From the NCBI GenBank assembly GCA_963674865.2, contig CAXXYE010000002.1, positions 1-64,000 of the forward strand: a DNA stretch of 64,000 nt. Direction: 5' to 3'. The notes below the pieces were generated by a model that did no database searches, was not told where the DNA came from, and worked only from the letters and a program-made list of their open reading frames with translations. Shown here in pieces: positions 60,326 to 64,000 of the stretch. The stretch is from Candidatus Hydrogenedentota bacterium (GTDB taxonomy: Bacteria > Hydrogenedentota > Hydrogenedentia > Hydrogenedentales > SLHB01). A program made the translations under genes and the position numbers. Positions within the stretch are counted from its first letter, which is position 1, and each line of letters begins with the position of its first letter.

Positions 60326-62455
60326 GTGACGCACGGTACCGTATCCCGCCGGCGCAGCCGTGTGGAGGCGTTTAAGCCGGCCAGCCGTGTCCATTGTGTT
60401 CGCGTCCGCTTTGTAAGATGGCTCCTCCTGTTTCTTTTTCTCATGATCGCGGGGCGTTTGGTGCAATTGCAGACGGGGCCGCACGCCAAGCTCACGGAGC
60501 AGGAAGCGCGGCACCTCGCGCATCAGGACATCCACGTGCCGCGCGGCACGATCTTCGATCGCGGCCACCGTCCTCTCGCCAAGGATCGCCAGGCGCCGTC
60601 GCTCTGGGCTGATCCGCGGCATCTCGCCAATCCGGAAGCACTTGCCGCGCAGCTCGCGGACACCCTTGGCGTAGGCCAGCGTGTTCTTGAGAATCGCTTC
60701 AACCGATGCGACTCTGAAGGCCGGAAACTGAAGTTTGTTTGGGTGAAGCGCTGGCTTACGGACGAGGAGATGGTGACGCTTGAGGAGCAGGGCGTGTTGG
60801 ACGCGCCGGGACTCTATGTGCGGCGCGAGCCACGCCGGTTCTATCCGGAGGGAGACTTGGCGGCGCACGTGCTGGGTTATGCGAATCGGGAGGGGGTAGG
60901 GTGCGACGGCGTCGAGGCGGCGTATGATCGCTATCTCAGGAGTCTCCCGGGGCGACGGGTATCGCGGACGGATGGGCGGATGGATCGCACGATGCTGTTG
61001 TCGCTGACGGTGGCCTACGAGCAGCCCGAAGGCGGGCATGATGTGTTTCTGACTATCGACGCGGGGCTTCAATATGCCTTGGAGCGGGAGCTTGACGAGG
61101 CGCTGGTGCGTTGCGAGGCCCCTCAGGCGATGGGGATGTTGATGGATCCGACGACGGGGGCGATCCTGGCGCTTGCTTGCCGGCCCGCCTATGATCCGAA
61201 TGACTACGCCGATTCCGAGGCGGAATATTTGAAGAATCGCTCGGTGATCGACGTGTTTGAGCCGGGCTCGTCGTTTAAGATTGTGACGGCGGCGGCGGCG
61301 CTCGAGCATGGGCTCGTGACGCCGGACACGATGATCGACTGCGAGGGCGGTTCGTTCAATCCTTACGGCCACCGGATCCGTGATTTCCATCCTAAAGGGG
61401 TGATCCCGTTCTCGGAGTGCTTCTCTGAGTCGAGCAATATCGCGATGATCAAGGTGGCGGCGATGCTTGGTCCCGAGCGCCTGGAGGCATGGATCCGGCG
61501 GTTTGGCTTCGGGAGCAGGACAAGCCGGGATTTTTGTCTGGAGAGTCGCGGCATCTTCCGTCGTCGCGAGCAGTGGTCGGGATTATCCATGGGCGCATTG
61601 CCCATCGGACAGGAGATCGCCGTGACGATGCCGCAGCTCGCGCGTGCGTTCAGCGTGATCGCGAATGGGGGTCTTCTTGTTGAGCCTTATCTGGTGGATC
61701 GGATTGTCAGCCGGGATGACAAGCAGACGTACCGGCGGCAGCGGATCGCGCCGGATCGCATCTTGTCGCAGGGGACGGCGGAGACGATGAAGGCCCTGTG
61801 CCATCAGGTTGTGGTGCACGGCACCGGGACACGAGCCAACATCCTCGAGTACCGTGTGGGCGGCAAGACGGGCACGGCCCAGATGGCGCGGCCGGACGGG
61901 GGCGGCTATTACTCCGACAAGTACACAACGATTTTCGCCGGTTTCGCCCCGCTCAGGGATCCGAAGATCTGCGCCGTGATTGTGGTTCAAGAACCGGCGA
62001 TCCGGTTGCATTACGGGGGGTATGTGTGCGGCCCGGTATTCCAAAAGGTTGTCCGGGAGGCGCTGATCAAGTTGAATTGTCCGGAGGACCCGGTTGTCGA
62101 TCCCGCTGAAGAGGGGGCGGACGGCGCGGAATCGCACGACGCGGATACGTTGGTGGCGCGCGTTGAGTTGGATTTCGTGGAGCCGCCCATGGAGGACGTG
62201 CTGGAATCTCTCGACGGGCTGGCGCTGGTTTCCGCTGCGCCGGAGGCCTCGGAGGGAAGTCCGGGTTTGCCGGATCTGACGGGATTGACGAAAGGGGAAG
62301 CGCGCAGGGAACTGGTGTCCCTGGGCATTCGGTGGGACGTGCAGGGAGTCGGGCGTGTGGTCGAGCAGAATCCCGCTCCCGGGACGCCGTTGAGCGATGT
62401 TGAATTGTGCCGGCTCACCTTCGGGCAGAAGGTGGGCGCAGACGAAATGTCATGA
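60326..62455 (+). CDS. ftsI: Class B penicillin-binding protein with PASTA domain
   Basis: RGTIFDR, RFYPEG, EPGSSFK (SxxK), SSN, KTGTAQ, C-terminal PDLTG. Confidence 0.92.
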   Translation: MTHGTVSRRRSRVEAFKPASRVHCVRVRFVRWLLLFLFLMIAGRLVQLQTGPHAKLTEQEARHLAHQDIHVPRGTIFDRGHRPLAKDRQAPSLWADPRHLANPEALAAQLADTLGVGQRVLENRFNRCDSEGRKLKFVWVKRWLTDEEMVTLEEQGVLDAPGLYVRREPRRFYPEGDLAAHVLGYANREGVGCDGVEAAYDRYLRSLPGRRVSRTDGRMDRTMLLSLTVAYEQPEGGHDVFLTIDAGLQYALERELDEALVRCEAPQAMGMLMDPTTGAILALACRPAYDPNDYADSEAEYLKNRSVIDVFEPGSSFKIVTAAAALEHGLVTPDTMIDCEGGSFNPYGHRIRDFHPKGVIPFSECFSESSNIAMIKVAAMLGPERLEAWIRRFGFGSRTSRDFCLESRGIFRRREQWSGLSMGALPIGQEIAVTMPQLARAFSVIANGGLLVEPYLVDRIVSRDDKQTYRRQRIAPDRILSQGTAETMKALCHQVVVHGTGTRANILEYRVGGKTGTAQMARPDGGGYYSDKYTTIFAGFAPLRDPKICAVIVVQEPAIRLHYGGYVCGPVFQKVVREALIKLNCPEDPVVDPAEEGADGAESHDADTLVARVELDFVEPPMEDVLESLDGLALVSAAPEASEGSPGLPDLTGLTKGEARRELVSLGIRWDVQGVGRVVEQNPAPGTPLSDVELCRLTFGQKVGADEMS

Positions 62456-63915
62456 GATTAGCCGAACTGTGTCAACGCGCCGGGTGCGATGCCGCCCACG
62501 TTGCGGATGCCGCGGTAACGCGCGTGACCGCTGACTCGCGGCGCGTGGCGCAGGGCTCGGTATTTGTCGCCACGGTAGGAGAACACGCGGACGGGCATGA
62601 CTTCGCCGCAGCGGCGGTGGAGTCGGGGGCCGTCGCGGTGATGGGGGGCCGGCGTGGGCTGACAAGGTTCGCGGGGGCGCCTTACCTCTGCGTTGAGCAT
62701 CCCAGGCGCGCGCTTGGCGTCCTTGCGCATGCGTTGGCGGGCGATCCGTCGAGGTCGATGACGGTGATCGGCGTGACGGGCACGAATGGCAAGTCGAGTT
62801 CGGTGGCTCTGGCGGGCCACATCCTCGACGCATCGGGCGCACGCACGGCGGTGTTGGGCACGTTGGGCTACGCCGTCGGCAATTCGGTGACGCCGGCCCC
62901 GCTGACGACGCCGTTCGCCGAGGATCTGGCGGAGCTTTTCCGGCGTGCCCGCGAGTCGGGATATACGCACGCGGCGATGGAGGCCAGCTCGCACGCCCTC
63001 GAACAGGAGCGCGTCGCGGGCATTGACTTCGACGTGGCGCTCTTCACCAACCTGAGTCAGGATCATCTCGACTACCACGGCGACATGGAGCGCTACAAGC
63101 GCGCCAAGGTGCTGCTGTTCGAGCGTATTCACGGCCCGGGGCGATTCACGGTAGTCAACGCCGACGATCCCGCTTCCGATGCCTTCCGCGCCGCCTCGCA
63201 GGCGCCGTGCCATACGTACGGCCATGCCGGCGAGTGCCGTCCGCGGGAGGTGCGTATAGAACGGGGCCGCACCTGTTTTGGCGTGGTGACGCCTTGGGGC
63301 GAAGCGGACATCGAAACGCGGCTCCTCGGGGAACACAATGTCTACAACGTGCTCGGAGTCATCGCGGTGTGCGCGGGTCAAGGCGTGCCGCTGGATAAGA
63401 TCGCCGCGGCGCTGCGCACCTTTGAGAGCGTCCCGGGGCGTTTCGAACGCGTGGATGCAGGGCAGCCCTTCGAGGTTATTGTCGATTACGCCCATACGGA
63501 AGACGCGCTCCACAATGTCTTGCGCCTTGCCAGAAGCATTTGTGAGGGGCGGATCATTGTGGTATTCGGGTGTGGCGGCGACAGGGATACGACGAAGCGG
63601 TCCAAGATGGGGGCCGTTGCGGCGACGCTTGCCGACTTCCCGATTGTCACTTCGGATAATCCGCGAACCGAGGATCCGGAGGGGATACTTGCGGATATCG
63701 AGCCGGGGCTAGTGGAGCGCGGGAAGGTCAAGGGTCGGGACTTCGAGAGCATTCTCGACAGGGCGCAGGCGATCCGCCGCGGCATTGAGATGGCGCGTCC
63801 GGGCGATTTGGTGCTTATCGCGGGGAAGGGGCACGAGGATTATCAGATTTTGGGCACGGAGCGGATCCATTTTGACGATCGCGAAGTGGCGCGCCAAGTC
63901 TTGGAGGCGACGTAG
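62452..63915 (+). CDS. murE: UDP-N-acetylmuramoylalanyl-D-glutamate--2,6-diaminopimelate ligase
   Basis: GVTGTNGKSS, MEASSH, DHLDYH, DYAHT, DNPR (DAP-type), AGKGHE. Confidence 0.97.
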   Translation: MRLAELCQRAGCDAAHVADAAVTRVTADSRRVAQGSVFVATVGEHADGHDFAAAAVESGAVAVMGGRRGLTRFAGAPYLCVEHPRRALGVLAHALAGDPSRSMTVIGVTGTNGKSSSVALAGHILDASGARTAVLGTLGYAVGNSVTPAPLTTPFAEDLAELFRRARESGYTHAAMEASSHALEQERVAGIDFDVALFTNLSQDHLDYHGDMERYKRAKVLLFERIHGPGRFTVVNADDPASDAFRAASQAPCHTYGHAGECRPREVRIERGRTCFGVVTPWGEADIETRLLGEHNVYNVLGVIAVCAGQGVPLDKIAAALRTFESVPGRFERVDAGQPFEVIVDYAHTEDALHNVLRLARSICEGRIIVVFGCGGDRDTTKRSKMGAVAATLADFPIVTSDNPRTEDPEGILADIEPGLVERGKVKGRDFESILDRAQAIRRGIEMARPGDLVLIAGKGHEDYQILGTERIHFDDREVARQVLEAT

Positions 63916-63920
63916 TGCAG

Positions 63921-64000
63921 ATGGGTTGGGCGTGGACACTCGACGAACTGGCCGCCGCCATAGGCGCTGAGCCGGGCGAGGCCCGCGGAGCGTTCGGCGG
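63921..64000 (+). CDS. murF: Start of probable MurF (partial)
   Basis: ATG 5 nt after murE; MGWAWTLDELAAAIG resembles MurF N-termini; dcw gene order. Confidence 0.6.
   Translation, partial: MGWAWTLDELAAAIGAEPGEARGAFG

Overview
GC-rich bacterial chromosomal window. The gene repertoire (DUF1559 prepilin-like protein, beta-helix/InlB-repeat surface proteins, dense palindromic intergenic repeats) suggests Candidatus Hydrogenedentes or a similar lineage, but this is inference only. The housekeeping backbone comprises a MoxR-DUF58-transglutaminase-like operon (frameshifted at the left edge), a ZTP-riboswitch-led glycine cleavage operon, amidase-GerMN-murI-tsaD, rsmI-tgt, ilvC, folK-panBCD, glnS and the start of the dcw cluster (mraZ-rsmH-ftsL-ftsI-murE-murF). 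Most notable: (1) two ~3.7 kb inverted paralogous blocks around a ~22 kb segment, each with a surface-protein gene whose ends are near-identical but whose beta-helix core is divergent; (2) an ArmA/Rmt/Sgm-family 16S G1405 methyltransferase homologue translationally coupled to a divergent TGT and rsmI; (3) a CxxC/RAPP (DUF2946-like) putative arrest peptide upstream of a DUF1559 prepilin-like gene; (4) a low-GC fusion of a Cap15-like TM/beta domain with a GT51 transglycosylase; (5) a STAS protein inserted between mraZ and rsmH; (6) a Clp ATPase lacking an obvious M-domain and ClpP-binding loop, coupled to an FHA protein; (7) a RAYT transposase with a duplicated 5' end plus several REP-like arrays. 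No rRNA, tRNA or CRISPR array was recognised. All family assignments come from motif recognition by eye, not database searches.
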